Assembly (NCBI RefSeq): GCF_001194135.2
Contig: NC_068991.1
Location: 28,036,057-28,100,056 of the forward strand
DNA from: Octopus bimaculoides
Taxonomy: Eukaryota
Length of the DNA stretch: 64,000 bases
Direction: 5' to 3'
A program made the position numbers and the translations under genes. Numbering within the stretch: position 1 is the first letter of the stretch; every line of letters begins with the position of its first letter. The notes under the pieces were generated by a model that saw only the letters and a list, made by a program, of their open reading frames with translations, was not told the origin of the DNA and ran no database searches. Below, one piece after another: positions 38,658 through 50,859 of this stretch.

Positions 38658-39794
38658 ATGGCACCAAAGTGGGAGAAGAAAGAATTAAATCTTCTGTTGC
38701 GAGCATGGATAATTGCTAGTGGCGATCCGCCGAACAACATCATCACTACTGCACTGAAGAGCAATGGCTTTCACATAACCACTGATCAGATAGAGCGGAA
38801 GAAGAATGAATTCCTCCGATCCTATACACTCATCAGACCACACATCGACACCCTGGATGTCATAATCGAAAACTATTGTGGAAAGGCTGATAAGGATGGA
38901 GAAGATGAAAAGGAAAAAACACCCGGAAGTCTCTTTNNNNNNNNNNNNNNNNNNNNNNNNNNNNNNNNNNNNNNNNNNNNNNNNNNNNNNNNNNNNNNNN
39001 NNNNNNNNNNNNNNNNNNNNNNNNNNNNNNNNNNNNNNNNNNNNNNNNNNNNNNNNNNNNNNNNNNNNNNNNNNNNNNNNNNNNNNNNNNNNNNNNNNNN
39101 NNNNNNNNNNNNNNNNNNNNNNNNNNNNNNNNNNNNNNNNNNNNNNNNNNNNNNNNNNNNNNNNNNNNNNNNNNNNNNNNNNNNNNNNNNNNNNNNNNNN
39201 NNNNNNNNNNNNNNNNNNNNNNNNNNNNNNNNNNNNNNNNNNNNNNNNNNNNNNNNNNNNNNNNNNNNNNNNNNNNNNNNNCACAAGCATAAAGAAGGAA
39301 AATGTAAAAATGAAACAACTAAAACCGAAACCCCAATCCACCAAACAAAAAGTAGAAAACCCCAAGGAGGATCCAATGCCATCCAAGACCCTACAGGAAA
39401 GAAGAAATTTGGAAGGCACTCAAGAACCTGCAAATTTTACCTGCAAGGCAAATGTTGGCATAGGGAAGACGGCAAAAACTGCCGGTTTGCCCACCCGACA
39501 CCCCACCAAAACTACAAAGGCCTTAATGATAAAAACTTCCTTGAGGAAAGACGACAAATGTCTCCAAGGAAAAATTTCACCAAAGAAGTGCGCTCTTCAG
39601 AGATTATACGCAACGCAGCAGCTGAGCAAGAGTCTTTTCTATACATGGTGCAAAAGATTGTGCTGCAGCTGAACTGGCTACACCAAGCACAAACAAGGAA
39701 CCTTGCCCACCACTGCGCAAGACCACCACAGTCAACAGACATGGGATGGCCTCCCCTAACGCCTGCACAGGCATCACGCCAATATTTTTACTAA
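38658..39794 (+). CDS. LINE ORF1: Myb/SANT-like (trihelix) N-terminus plus C-terminal CCCH zinc finger; middle in N-gap 38937-39281
   Basis: KWEKKELNLLLRAW...ITTALKSNGFHITTDQIERKKNEFLRSY; CKFYLQGKCWHREDGKNCRFAH at 39429-39494; lies directly upstream of and overlaps ORF2. Confidence 0.7.
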   Translation: MAPKWEKKELNLLLRAWIIASGDPPNNIITTALKSNGFHITTDQIERKKNEFLRSYTLIRPHIDTLDVIIENYCGKADKDGEDEKEKTPGSLFXXXXXXXXXXXXXXXXXXXXXXXXXXXXXXXXXXXXXXXXXXXXXXXXXXXXXXXXXXXXXXXXXXXXXXXXXXXXXXXXXXXXXXXXXXXXXXXXXXXXXXXXXXXXXXXXXXXHKHKEGKCKNETTKTETPIHQTKSRKPQGGSNAIQDPTGKKKFGRHSRTCKFYLQGKCWHREDGKNCRFAHPTPHQNYKGLNDKNFLEERRQMSPRKNFTKEVRSSEIIRNAAAEQESFLYMVQKIVLQLNWLHQAQTRNLAHHCARPPQSTDMGWPPLTPAQASRQYFY

Positions 39795-42440
39795 ATATTG
39801 GGGGCCTGTTGTATTATAATAACAAAAGCAAAATTTCTTTCCTGAGAGACCTTGCTGCATGCAATCAAGCCCTATGCATAGCACTCGTGGAAACTCACCT
39901 CAGCCCTGATATAGAGGATGCAGAAGTACACATACCAAAATATGTCATACTGCGAACAGACAGAAGGGAAAGGAGCTATAGTGGAGTTGCTGTATACATC
40001 CGTGACGACCTCAAGCCCCAGGTCTTACTGTCATACTCAAATTCGGTATGTGACACCCTAATTGTATACATAAGACAACAAAATATAGTCATATGCAATA
40101 CATATCGCCCACCGGATGCTCTAAACCACATAGGCAAATCTGAAGATTGCTTCACTAGAATTAAAGAAATCCTCATGAAACTGGAACACCACGTGACCAT
40201 ATTTCTTATGAGTGATTTCAACTTCCCAAACGTCAAATGGCCCGAAGGTCTCATATTCTCAAGAATGACTCATAGCAAGCAAGCACAGGTGGAGTCCCTG
40301 CTCAACCTCACCAATGCCCTATTCATGGAGCAAGCTGTTCTCAGGCCAACTAGAGCAAATAACATTCTGGATCTCTGCTTCACGAACAATATGGACATCA
40401 TTCATGATGTGAAAGTGACGCCGACATTAGTCTCGGAGCACAACATAATAGAGTTGTCTGTTTGGGCCGAAAGTAACCACAGACATATAGCCTAAAGGAA
40501 GCACTCGAAATCTCTCCAATCTGAACTTCCACAAAGCAGACTGGAAATCGATCCAGAAAGAGATCCACAGAGAGGATTGGCCAAAGTGTCTCTCCACACC
40601 AGACATTGATATGAAGCTAAAATGTTTCATGTCTATTGTGCAAGCCATATGCCAGAAATATGTCCCAGAGCACAAGGCCAAAACAGATAGGAACAAGATT
40701 CCAAGGGAGAAGAAGATCCTCATGAGNNNNNNNNNNATAGGAACAAGATTCCAAGGGAGAAGAAGATCCTCATGAGACGACGCACAAAAGTTGCAAATCG
40801 ACTCAACCAGCATCCCAAAAGTAGCGAAAGGTCCCGCCTAAAATCGATACTGATGGAGATTGAAAAAAGGCTGCAACACTCCTATGTGAGGGAGAGAGCA
40901 GACAAAGAAGCCTGGGTTAGAAAAAACATTAAGTCAAACCCAAAGGCCTTCTTTCATTACGCGAAAGAAACAGCCTCAGTACGCTGCAAGATTGGACCCC
41001 TCTTCGAAAAGGATGGCTCCCTCACAGACAGTCCAACTAGGATCAGTGAGGTACTGAATGAGCAGTTCAAAAGTGTCTTCACAGACAAGTGAACGAACCA
41101 ATGGACTTCTTTGCTACCTCCCCTATAATCAGAGAGGCAGTTACGATAGAATACATCAACATTAGTGAAGAAGATGTACTACTAGCTATAGATGAAGTGG
41201 ACACAAACTCAACTGCTGGTCCTGATAGTTTCCCAGTAATCCTCCTTAAATCGATTAAGCATGCCCTGGCAAAACCCCTCCAGATCTTCTTCCAGAGCTT
41301 TCTCGCAAATGGCAGACTGCCAGGCAAGCTGAAGGAGGGAATAATATGCCCAATCCATAAAGGGGGAAGCAGAGCAGATGCCAAAAACTATAGGCCTATC
41401 TCTCTGACTTCACACATCAGCAAAGTCATGGAAAGGATAGTCAGAGGAAAACTTATCGCATTCCTTGAAGAAAATAACTTGCTGAGTGAAACCCAACATG
41501 GCTTTCGACCAGGTAGGAGCTGCCTGACCCAGCTCTTACAATATTATGACTGGGTGTTGAGGCAGTTACTCAACAACTCAAATGTGAACGTAATATACCT
41601 TGATTTTGCAAAAGCTTTTGACAAAGTGGATCATGGTGTGATATGCCACAAACTGCGTGATCTTGGCATAGCTGGAAAACTTGGAGAGTGGTTACATGAT
41701 TTTCTGAAAGATAGAAGTCAGGCAGTAATGGCTAATACAAATAGTGAGCGGTGTTCCACAGGGCACTGTCTTGGGACCATTGCTTTTTGTAGTCGCCCTC
41801 TCAGATATGGCATCAAGCGTCCGGATAGCCACCCTTGCAAGCTACGCAGACGATAAGAAAGTCTCGCAGAAAATACAGAACTCCAGTGATGTTGCACATC
41901 TGCTGCAGGAGTTGGACTCAGTTTACAGATGGGCTGAGGATAATAATATGCAGTTTAATGCTGAAAAATCCCAAGCCCTGCGCTACCAACATCCGAAACT
42001 GAATATGAAACTTACAGAATACACTGGTCTTCAGGGAATTTCAATCCCAGAGCCTAAATTAGTGAGAGACCTGAGTATCGACATGAGTGATGATACCTCT
42101 TTCCAAGTACACATTACCAGGATGGCGACAAAGTGTAGACGAATGGCTGGATGGATCCTGGGAACATTCAGAACCAGAGATAAGGAAACCATGATGGTCC
42201 TCTGGAAGACATTTGTCCTCAGCCGCCTGGATTACTGCTCACAGCTATGGTCACTCACCAGTGTGAAATTAACAGCAGACCTTGAGGCAATCCAGAGAAG
42301 ATTCACAAAGAAGATTGTCTCTTTGCAACTGCTCAGCTACTGGGAAAGGCTGAAACAGCTAAGAATCTACTCCCTGGAGAGAAGGCGGTAGAGGTATGCA
42401 GTAATATACATCTGGAAGATCCTGGAAGGAATTGTGCNNN
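39746..42440 (+). pseudogene. CR1-like LINE ORF2 (AP endonuclease plus reverse transcriptase), disrupted
   Basis: EN: NIGGL, ETHL, YRPP, SDFNFP, NILDL; RT: NYRPISLTS, QHGFRPGRSC, YLDFAKAFDKV, GVPQGTVLGP, YADD (41843-41854), SYWERLKQL..SLERRR; stops/frameshifts near 40495, 41090, 41740, 42390. Confidence 0.93.
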
Positions 42441-42960
42441 NNNNNNNNNNNNNNNNNNNNNNNNNNNNNNNNNNNNNNNNNNNNNNNNNNNNNNNNNNNN
42501 NNNNNNNNNNNNNNNNNNNNNNNNNNNNNNNNNNNNNNNNNNNNNNNNNNNNNNNNNNNNNNNNNNNNNNNNNNNNNNNNNNNNNNNNNNNNNNNNNNNN
42601 NNNNNNNNNNNNNNNNNNNNNNNNNNNNNNNNNNNNNNNNNNNNNNNNNNNNNNNNNNNNNNNNNNNNNNNNNNNNNNNNNNNNNNNNNNNNNNNNNNNN
42701 NNNNNNNNNNNNNNNNNNNNNNNNNNNNNNNNNNNNNNNNNNNNNNNNNNNNNNNNNNNNNNNNNNNNNNNNNNNNCCATTCTTCACCAAGTGCCACATA
42801 TTGGAAGAGGCTCTCAGAAATAAAAGCGTAGCAAAACGGCGGTGCATCAACATGGCCGCAACTTTCAGCTGAAACTATAGGAAAAAAAATATACATATAT
42901 ATATTGAGAAAAAAGTTGTCAGAATTTTGGAAAAAAAAACTTTTTATTTTTTTTCCTTAT

Positions 42961-43140
42961 TATTAGCACTTTCGTTTCTTTCTTGAACATGTCAAATAAA
43001 ATTTTGTTCATTTATATAAAACAGATGGCTTTTCTGGGGAAAACCCCCCAAAAACATTTGTTTTATATAAATGAACAAGTTGTTTGTACATTCACAAAAT
43101 TTTATTTGACAAGGTCGAGAAAGCATTGAAAATGCCAATA
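42961..43140. repeat. Imperfect inverted repeat (MITE-like hairpin)
   Basis: 42961-43022 is the reverse complement of 43060-43140 apart from an internal insertion. Confidence 0.7.
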
Positions 43141-43212
43141 ATGAATGTCAAACATTAAGGTAAGGCAAATATCTCAAATCATATACAATATTATTATAGG
43201 AAGAAATTCAAT

Positions 43213-43268
43213 ATCTTACAGCTGTTACTGAGATATCCCCAAGTATGGTATATTCCATCATCAGAGAC
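43213..43268 (-). ncRNA. Hammerhead motif family 2 (GAAA mutated to GUAA)
   Basis: GUCU-CUGAUGA-UGGAAUAUACC(7)GGGAUAUCUCA-GUAAC-AGCU-GUA^AGAU. Confidence 0.72.
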
Positions 43269-43651
43269 AAATAGGGGAAACAATATGGAAAATGAGAATG
43301 TATATATCCATAAGATGACAACATAGAGGAAGGAAGTAAAAGAATGAGGAGATGGAGAAAGAGAAGAAAAAAAGAAACATAAAAGTTCATAGTTCAACTT
43401 TCTGAAGTTATAGAAACCAGACCATGAATCCTTAGGTGCAATCCTGCATAATGAATTAAGCTCATGGATCTATGAAAGATTGCACCTAAGGACTCGTGGT
43501 CTGATTTCTATAACTTCGGAAAGTCGAATTATGAACTTTTATGCTTCTTGTCTCTTCTCTCTTTCCATCTCCTCATTCATTTACTCCTTTCCTCTATGTT
43601 GTCATCTTATGGATGTATACATTCCCATTTTCCATATTGTTTCCCCTATTT

Positions 43652-43707
43652 GTCTCTGGTGATGGAATATCCCGTATTTGGGGATATCCCAGAAACAGCT
43701 GTAAGAT
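43652..43707 (+). ncRNA. Hammerhead motif family 2 (CUGAUGA mutated to CUGGUGA)
   Basis: GTCT-CTGGTGA-TGGAATATCCC(7)GGGATATCCCA-GAAAC-AGCT-GTA^AGAT; 10/11-bp stem II; palindromic ACAGCTGT stem III. Confidence 0.75.
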
Positions 43708-43792
43708 TTTGAATTTCTTCCTATAATTTCTTCCAAGGCAGTGCCCCAGCTTGGCTGCAGTCTAATGACTGAAACAAATAAAAGATAAAAGT

Positions 43793-43824
<32 letters not shown>

Positions 43825-45724
43825 AACATGTAATGTAAACAGTTATACATTACACAGAAAAGTGAGACAAGTGTAACAAACAAGCAAGCAAAATTACTAG
43901 TCTAGGCTGTCTTCCAGAACATTCCTTTCAAAATGGAATGCTAGCATCAAACAGAATAAGTAGTTTCCTAGTTTCCATGCATCATGATTTCGTCTTCTTG
44001 CCATTTGTTGAAGACATTCAAAGACTCATAAGAATTACTCTTCTTCAAAATTATAAAAAAAATGTAATAAAATACTGATAACTTATTCTTTCAAGGAAAG
44101 TTACCGGAAGATTCTGAAGGTGCTAAGTATTATGGTATAGGGCATGTTAGTGTGTAAACTTATGCATCAGTAGATCTTTTTTTTTTATTTATAGCATAAT
44201 GAATGACAGATGTGTATCATTTATGACCATGTGACAGGAGGAACTTTGCTCATCAACAATTAGTACAAGTAATTATCTAATTATCTCCATGATACTTAAA
44301 CTGGAGTCATAGTGTACTTCCATGGGCAATGGGGGATAATGGTTATGATTAAATAATGGTGTAACTTTGACCAGAACTAATTTATATTATATTAAGTGGT
44401 CTTTGTACTTATCAAGGGGGTTCTTTAACCCTAGTTTCCTAGATCAGAGGAATGGTATAGCCAATAGATCTGCAGGGATTGCCAAGAGAATCAACAAATC
44501 AAAAACCTTGATGAGGTCTCACTCCATTTTGTTTGATGAAGGGATTGATGAAGGGCTGTTGACTCCATGTTGAGTTCATCCACCCTTGTAGATAGGTATG
44601 GTTTATTTATCTGGTCATGATACCACCACCACCAGCATCATCATCATCATGCCAGTTTAGTCACAAATGGATCAACCATAAAGCAGGTAGTGCTCATCCA
44701 CAAGGTTACCAGCAACAGACCATTTTTGATCCAACCTGACAACAGCACAATATACTCCATCAAACAAGGAATGAATAAAACCATTCTTTTAAACAGCTTT
44801 CAACTGAATTCCAATTCGTTTTAAGTTCCAGTAAATAAGAATTTTGTATCTGCACAGGAAGAATTCAAAAGCATGAATAAATCACAGATCAAAAGGGAAA
44901 CAAAAGTGTGTATTAAAGTGGGGAAGGAAGTATCCAATATTATGGAGCAGGGGCTATCTTAGTTACAGTAAAAGAGAGAGAGAGAGGGAGAGATGTGGAG
45001 TGGTTGTTATTTCTAAGCCCAATTCAGTCCTAACTGAGCAAGCCAACAATCAAAGGATTTTCAGCCATGACCATCTTGTATTTCTTATATATCAACAAGT
45101 ACATTGTTCAAAGTATCATTCTTTTCATAACAAAGTGTGATTTGAGGAAAATTTGGTTGCCATCTCTACCAGATCAACCAAACACCAAGACGATCCCTGA
45201 GAAGATTTATCTAACAGTCAGATGGCCTTTTTTTTATATGTAAGATGAGCCATCCCAGAGTAGATCTGTAGTGAATCAACAACTAATAAAAGAAATAGAT
45301 CTTTCTAGTTGTAAAGATGAAACCAAATATTTAAATAATTGTTGCCAACTATTAGTTAAATATATGTATAGTCACTATAAACAACCATAATTGAGGGTAT
45401 AGGTAAAATACAGATGATCAATTCAACAACACTTCATACATGGATCTGACTAGCAAAGAGTTCAAATATCAGTATAAAGGTTAGATTTTTTTTTATTAAC
45501 CAAAGAAGGATTAGTTACACTTCAGTTGATTATTAAAGGAGCACTCCACCAATCCAAAGAATGCATATCATATTGGAATGTTATAATCCTTACACAACCA
45601 ACTTATGAAATAAAATTACAAGTGTAAGATTTTCATTGCTTATACACATACATACATACATACATACACTTGTCATTCTGGAGTTTATATATGTATATAT
45701 ATATATATAATAAATAAAATAAAT

Positions 45725-45972
45725 GTGCCCTTTTAAAGCCTAGCTAGGCTCATGGGCTCGGTTTCCTGGTTTCTGTGGCGTATGTGTTCCCCAGCTGGAC
45801 GGGACACCAGTCCATTGCAGCGTTACTCATTTTTGCCAGCTGAGTGGACTGGAGCAACGTGAAATGAAGTGTTTTGCTCAAGAACACACCGCGTCGCCCG
45901 GTCCAGGAATTGAAACCACAATCTTACGATCGTGATGCTGACACCCTAACCACTAAGCCACGTGCCTCCACA
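45725..45972 (-). mobile_element. tRNA-derived SINE
   Basis: head gtggaggcacgtggcttagtggttaggg...gtttcaattcctggaccggg with A/B-box-like motifs. Confidence 0.8.
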
Positions 45973-46900
45973 TTATATATATATATATATATATATNNNN
46001 NNNNNNNNNNNNNNNNNNNNNNNNNNNNNNNNNNNNNNNNNNNNNNNNNNNNNNNNNNNNNNNNNNNNNNNNNNNNNNNNNNNNNNNNNNNNNNNNNNNN
46101 NNNNNNNNNNNNNNNNNNNNNNNNNNNNNNNNNNNNNNNNNNNNNNNNNNNNNNNNNNNNNNNNNNNNNNNNNNNNNNNNNNNNNNNNNNNNNNNNNNNN
46201 NNNNNNNNNNNNNNNNNNNNNNNNNNNNNNNNNNNNNNNNNNNNNNNNNNNNNNNNNNNNNNNNNNNNNNNNNNNNNNNNNNNNNNNNNNNNNNNNNNNN
46301 NNNNNNNNNNNNNNNNNNNNNNNNNNNNNNNNNNNNNNNNNNNNNNNNNNNNNNNNNNNNNNNNNNNNNNNNNNNNNNNNNNNNNNNNNNNNNNNNNNNN
46401 NNNNNNNNNNNNNNNNNNNNNNNNNNNNNNNNNNNNNNNNNNNNNNNNNNNNNNNNNNNNNNNNNNNNNNNNNNNNNNNNNNNNNNNNNNNNNNNNNNNN
46501 NNNNNNNNNNNNNNNNNNNNNNNNNNNNNNNNNNNNNNNNNNNNNNNNNNNNNNNNNNNNNNNNNNNNNNNNNNNNNNNNNNNNNNNNNNNNNNNNNNNN
46601 NNNNNNNNNNNNNNNNNNNNNNNNNNNNNNNNNNNNNNNNNNNNNNNNNNNNNNNNNNNNNNNNNNNNNNNNNNNNNNNNNNNNNNNNNNNNNNNNNNNN
46701 NNNNNNNNNNNNNNNNNNNNNNNNNNNNNNNNNNNNNNNNNNNNNNNNNNNNNNNNNNNNNNNNNNNNNNNNNNNNNNNNNNNNNNNNNNNNNNNNNNNN
46801 NNNNNNNNNNNNNNNNNNNNNNNNNNNNNNNNNNNNNNNNNNNNNNNNNNNNNNNNNNNNNNNNNNNNNNNNNNNNNNNNNNNNNNNNNNNNNNNNNNNN

Positions 46901-46939
<39 letters not shown>

Positions 46940-47271
46940 GTATAATATATATATATATATAAAGGTTATGAAGGGTATTGGAGTCAACCAAACCCTAAAG
47001 ATACAGGCAATACCGAATAAGTGCCGTATACCGACTAGTTATGCCTCTGTTATTGTAGTAACATGAGTGGGGAATATAACATAGGTCGTGTATTAGCGTG
47101 TGTATGTATAAAGAAAGAAAAAGATAAAGAGACCAATGGCAAAGTTTAATGTTGGAAGGGAAATATACTCCAAGTACTTTTTCTTCTTTGTTCTTTCTTC
47201 TACGCATCACTCTTACTTCTTACTATAAATCTCCTCTTATAGATGTAATAATCCATTCTTCTACTATTACC

Positions 47272-47320
47272 ATCTCCGATGAAGGGATACGTTGGATTTT
47301 CCCTGAAACAGCTGTAAGAC
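47272..47320 (+). ncRNA. Hammerhead motif family 2 (U4->C, CCGAUGA)
   Basis: ATCT-CCGATGA-AGGGA(12)TCCCT-GAAAC-AGCT-GTA^AGAC; enclosed by a perfect 46-bp inverted repeat 47101-47146/47343-47388. Confidence 0.75.
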
Positions 47321-47379
47321 TTTATACAAAAAATATAATTTTAACTTTGCCATTGGTCTCTTTATCTTTTTCTTTCTTT

Positions 47380-47427
<48 letters not shown>

Positions 47428-49171
47428 CACAACCACTTCTTCAAATAAAGAGGGTGTTGTGTGAATGTTGCTCAATACGTGTAGTGGCTGTGTCTTGTCT
47501 CGATGTTGTTAAAGGTGGCTACTTTGTCGTGTCTATTGTTAATCATTGTTTTATGTCTGTGTACAGAGGAGTAATACAGCTCTGATTTGTTTTATCAAAA
47601 CACACAACAAACTAATCAGTGTAATGTATAGAAACTCTATGAAACATTATCCACCTGTTGTTGAGCAGATTAAATGCTCAACTATTTTCTTTTTGCTTTA
47701 ATAGATTGTATTGGATGAATACATGATATAAGGAGATAAATCAGTTGTTGTGAAACTGATTGCTTTATCTTCTATATTTTCTCCATTCTCTAGGCGCTGA
47801 ATAGCATTCTAAAGGGACTACAGGGTCAACATTACCAGCAACTTGTTTCAGTATTTAACTTAAACACTTCCTGTCACAAATATTTGCTACAGATGTAATT
47901 CGATCTGAATAAAATCAATCAAATTTTGGCTTGCAAACCTCTTTTGTCTGATGAATCCTATATTTTGAAACTTTATTGTTTATTGATTATTGACCTGTTT
48001 TGCCGTTTTACATCTACCTTACCATTTGATGGATCATAGAAAATTATACATTTGCATATCACTGGAGCAATGTCTTTTACAGCTGGTTGTCCTTTCTGCA
48101 AATTACTGACTCACTTGGAGAAGGTATAGAGAATGTCAATCAAACAAAACTAAATCACATAAAATTATGTCACCGTGACTACAGACACAAAATAATAATT
48201 GCACATCTTGATATAATTATTAGATTATTAAATCGCAATAACAAATATTTTATAATATAGCAAGATTGACATGATACAATTTCCTCCATCTTTCTTTATT
48301 CTATCTTCTCCTATTCTTTACTATTATAATCTCTTTCTCTTCCTCTCTCTCTCTCTCTATATATATATATGGTGGGGGAGTATATATATGGATCTATCTG
48401 GAGGATTATGTTCCTCTCCCTCTTTCTTTTCCTCTAAGTCTTCCTCCAGTCTTCACCTTATCTATTTCACTTCACTTCAAACTTCTATTGCAATTTTATA
48501 TAATCTATTTTATGTAAATTTTATTTTTCTTCATCTATTAAGATTTATCTAGTTCTGTGAAGCCCTCTTCATTAAAAGATACTATTATTATTACTACTAC
48601 GTCTATTGTTCCAAATACTACTACTACTACATCTGTAGTCACTCAGGTAAGACATTTCATGAAGTTATTCCCAGAATACCATACCTTAATATTAATAAAC
48701 CAGAAGATTTTACCTCTTCCCTGTAAACATAATCTTTAATAAATATTTTATTCTTACACTAATTTACTAGAAAAATTCTAATATTAACAACTAAACAAAA
48801 GTAAATATCTAAATATCTGATACAAGATGTTGCTAATATGATTTTATAATTTTCCTGACTATTTACCTTACATTTAGCATTAATCACCACCACCACCTCC
48901 ACCATTATCCTCATCATCATCATCATCATCATCATTGTTTTCCATGCAAGCATGACTCAGATGGATTGTCAGGATCCAGTCAATTTTATTTGGCATCACT
49001 GCCATCCTAGATGCATTAAAAAACCACTCACTCAAACTCTATTTTGGGCTTGAGTGGTAAGGAGCACTTAGGATTACTTGAGGTAAGCAATCCCAATATA
49101 TTTCATGTGATGGATAAATCTTGGGTTTGCTTAGCTGGATTATAAATATTTTACCAAGTGGTATGTCCAAG

Positions 49172-49557
49172 ACAGTGGAGGCGCAATGGCCCAGTGGTTA
49201 GGGCAGCGGATTCGCGGTCATAGGATCACGGTTTTGATTCCCAGACCGGGCGTTGTGTGTGTTTATTGAGCGAAAACACCTAAAGCTCCACGAGGCTTTG
49301 GCAGGGGATGGTGGCGAACCCTGCTGTACTCTTTCACCACAACTTTCTCTCACTCTTACTCCCTGTTTCTGCTGTGCCTGTAATTCAAAGGGTCAGCCTT
49401 GTCACACTGTGTCATGCTGAATATCCCCAAGAACTACGTTAAGGGTACACGTGTCTGTGGAGTGCTCAGCCACTTGCACGTTAATTTCACGAGCAGGCTG
49501 TTCTGTTGATCGGATCGACTGGAACCCTCGACGTCGTAAGTAACGGAGTGCCAACAA
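49172..49557 (+). mobile_element. Young tRNA-derived SINE with 9-bp TSD
   Basis: ggcgcaatggcccagtggttaggg...gattccc head; TSD atgtccaag at 49163-49171 and 49558-49566. Confidence 0.88.
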
Positions 49558-50859
49558 ATGTCCAAGGCAATTACAGTGACTTTGGAGATTAATACACCTG
49601 AGTATTTTTAATTACTACAGGTAATTATGCAACATATAAATGTCTAATACACGTTTCTGCTGCATACAGACATCTCACAGTTGCATTTGCACCCAGTTAT
49701 AGTCATCATTAGTCTATGCAACTTTATTCAAGGTCCAACCACTGACATGGTCTGAAGAGAAATAAGGGTATTTGGGTTTAGCTAACATTATTTTTGGTAG
49801 GTGACTATAGGTTTTGAGTGCAAAGAATGTGAGAGAAAAATCTGGAAACTTGATACATCTATAAAAATTGCTATCATATTGACCCTATAATAACCCTAGT
49901 TTGGATTCTGAATAAAGAATATTAGACCTTGAATAAGGTCAGAGTATATTTTTAACCACTAGGTGGATTAGGAATTAATGAATTTCAGATATATTGGATA
50001 CAGCTACTGGTCACAAATTCAATCTGAATCTTCCTTTATATAAATCAAGTTTTATTTACATGTAGTTTTATTGTTGTATATACGTTGCAAGAATTTTTGT
50101 ACATGCAGTTTTATGCATGGAGTCTACTGATTACTGCTTGATACAGGCAAACTAGAATATAACACTGACATTTACCATGTAAGCTCCTATTATAGTGCAC
50201 CGGTTAAAGATTCTATCATATTTATTCAATTTAGGAAAATTCCTATATATAGGGGCAAAAAAATTAGTTGGAATGCTAGAAGCTATTTGCCAACCAAATA
50301 CTGCATTATACCACATATGGCCTTACATCTTTGGCATTCACAACACCTGTTGGCTGTTTTGACCTCAGCACAAGGGTATTACTTCCACTCCCTGTGAATT
50401 AGTTTCCTTAAGGTCTTACCTCATATTTGCAATTCTAGTCATACAGAGCAGACATGTTATGAATAAGAAATGTTCAGATAAGCAACTTCATTTTCCTATC
50501 CTAGCTTTACTTCTCACCTCACTTCATATTACTAATATTATTAACAAAGCCTAATTTATTTCCATGCTATATGTTATATAGTAAAGTTAAATAATCCTAA
50601 TGTTCAAATAAACAATTCCATTTTTCTTCCATAGCTTTAATTCTCAAAAATTTTATCTCACTCATTTAATGTCTAAAACCTCCCTTTTTTCCATGCTATA
50701 TGTTAAATAATAACTGCATTAAGCAATACTAGTGAAAATGTGCTTTTTTTCACCTCTTCGTTTTGTTTGGATTCTCACTTTATTTTATCTTGCTCATATT
50801 ATGTGTAAAACCTCACTTTTTTCCATGTTATATGTCAAATAGATGCTTTCACTTTATTT

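Larger units (their letters stand above)
38640..42890 (+). mobile_element. Near full-length CR1-like non-LTR retrotransposon (inactivated)
   Basis: ORF1-ORF2 organisation and 3' end ggtgcatcaacatggccgca...ctgaaac followed by an A-rich tail; 5' boundary uncertain. Confidence 0.88.
43193..43727. mobile_element. 535-bp fold-back element: two head-to-head approx. 255-bp arms, each with a hammerhead motif
   Basis: arms 43193-43450 and 43471-43727 are near reverse complements; loop about 20 nt. Confidence 0.88.

Noticed and set aside
40687-40776. 40-bp direct repeat in LINE ORF2 (likewise at 30167-30176)
   Set aside because: Identical flanks around a 10-N gap indicate unmerged contig overlap, i.e. 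an assembly artefact.
47948-47975. CTGATGA...GAAAC
   Set aside because: No stem II pairing, no NUH site or stem I; chance or too decayed.
49172-49260. tRNA genes (also SINE heads near 12300, 29680, 45940, 63350)
   Set aside because: They have A/B boxes but imperfect cloverleaves fused to repeat bodies with TSDs, so they are SINE heads.
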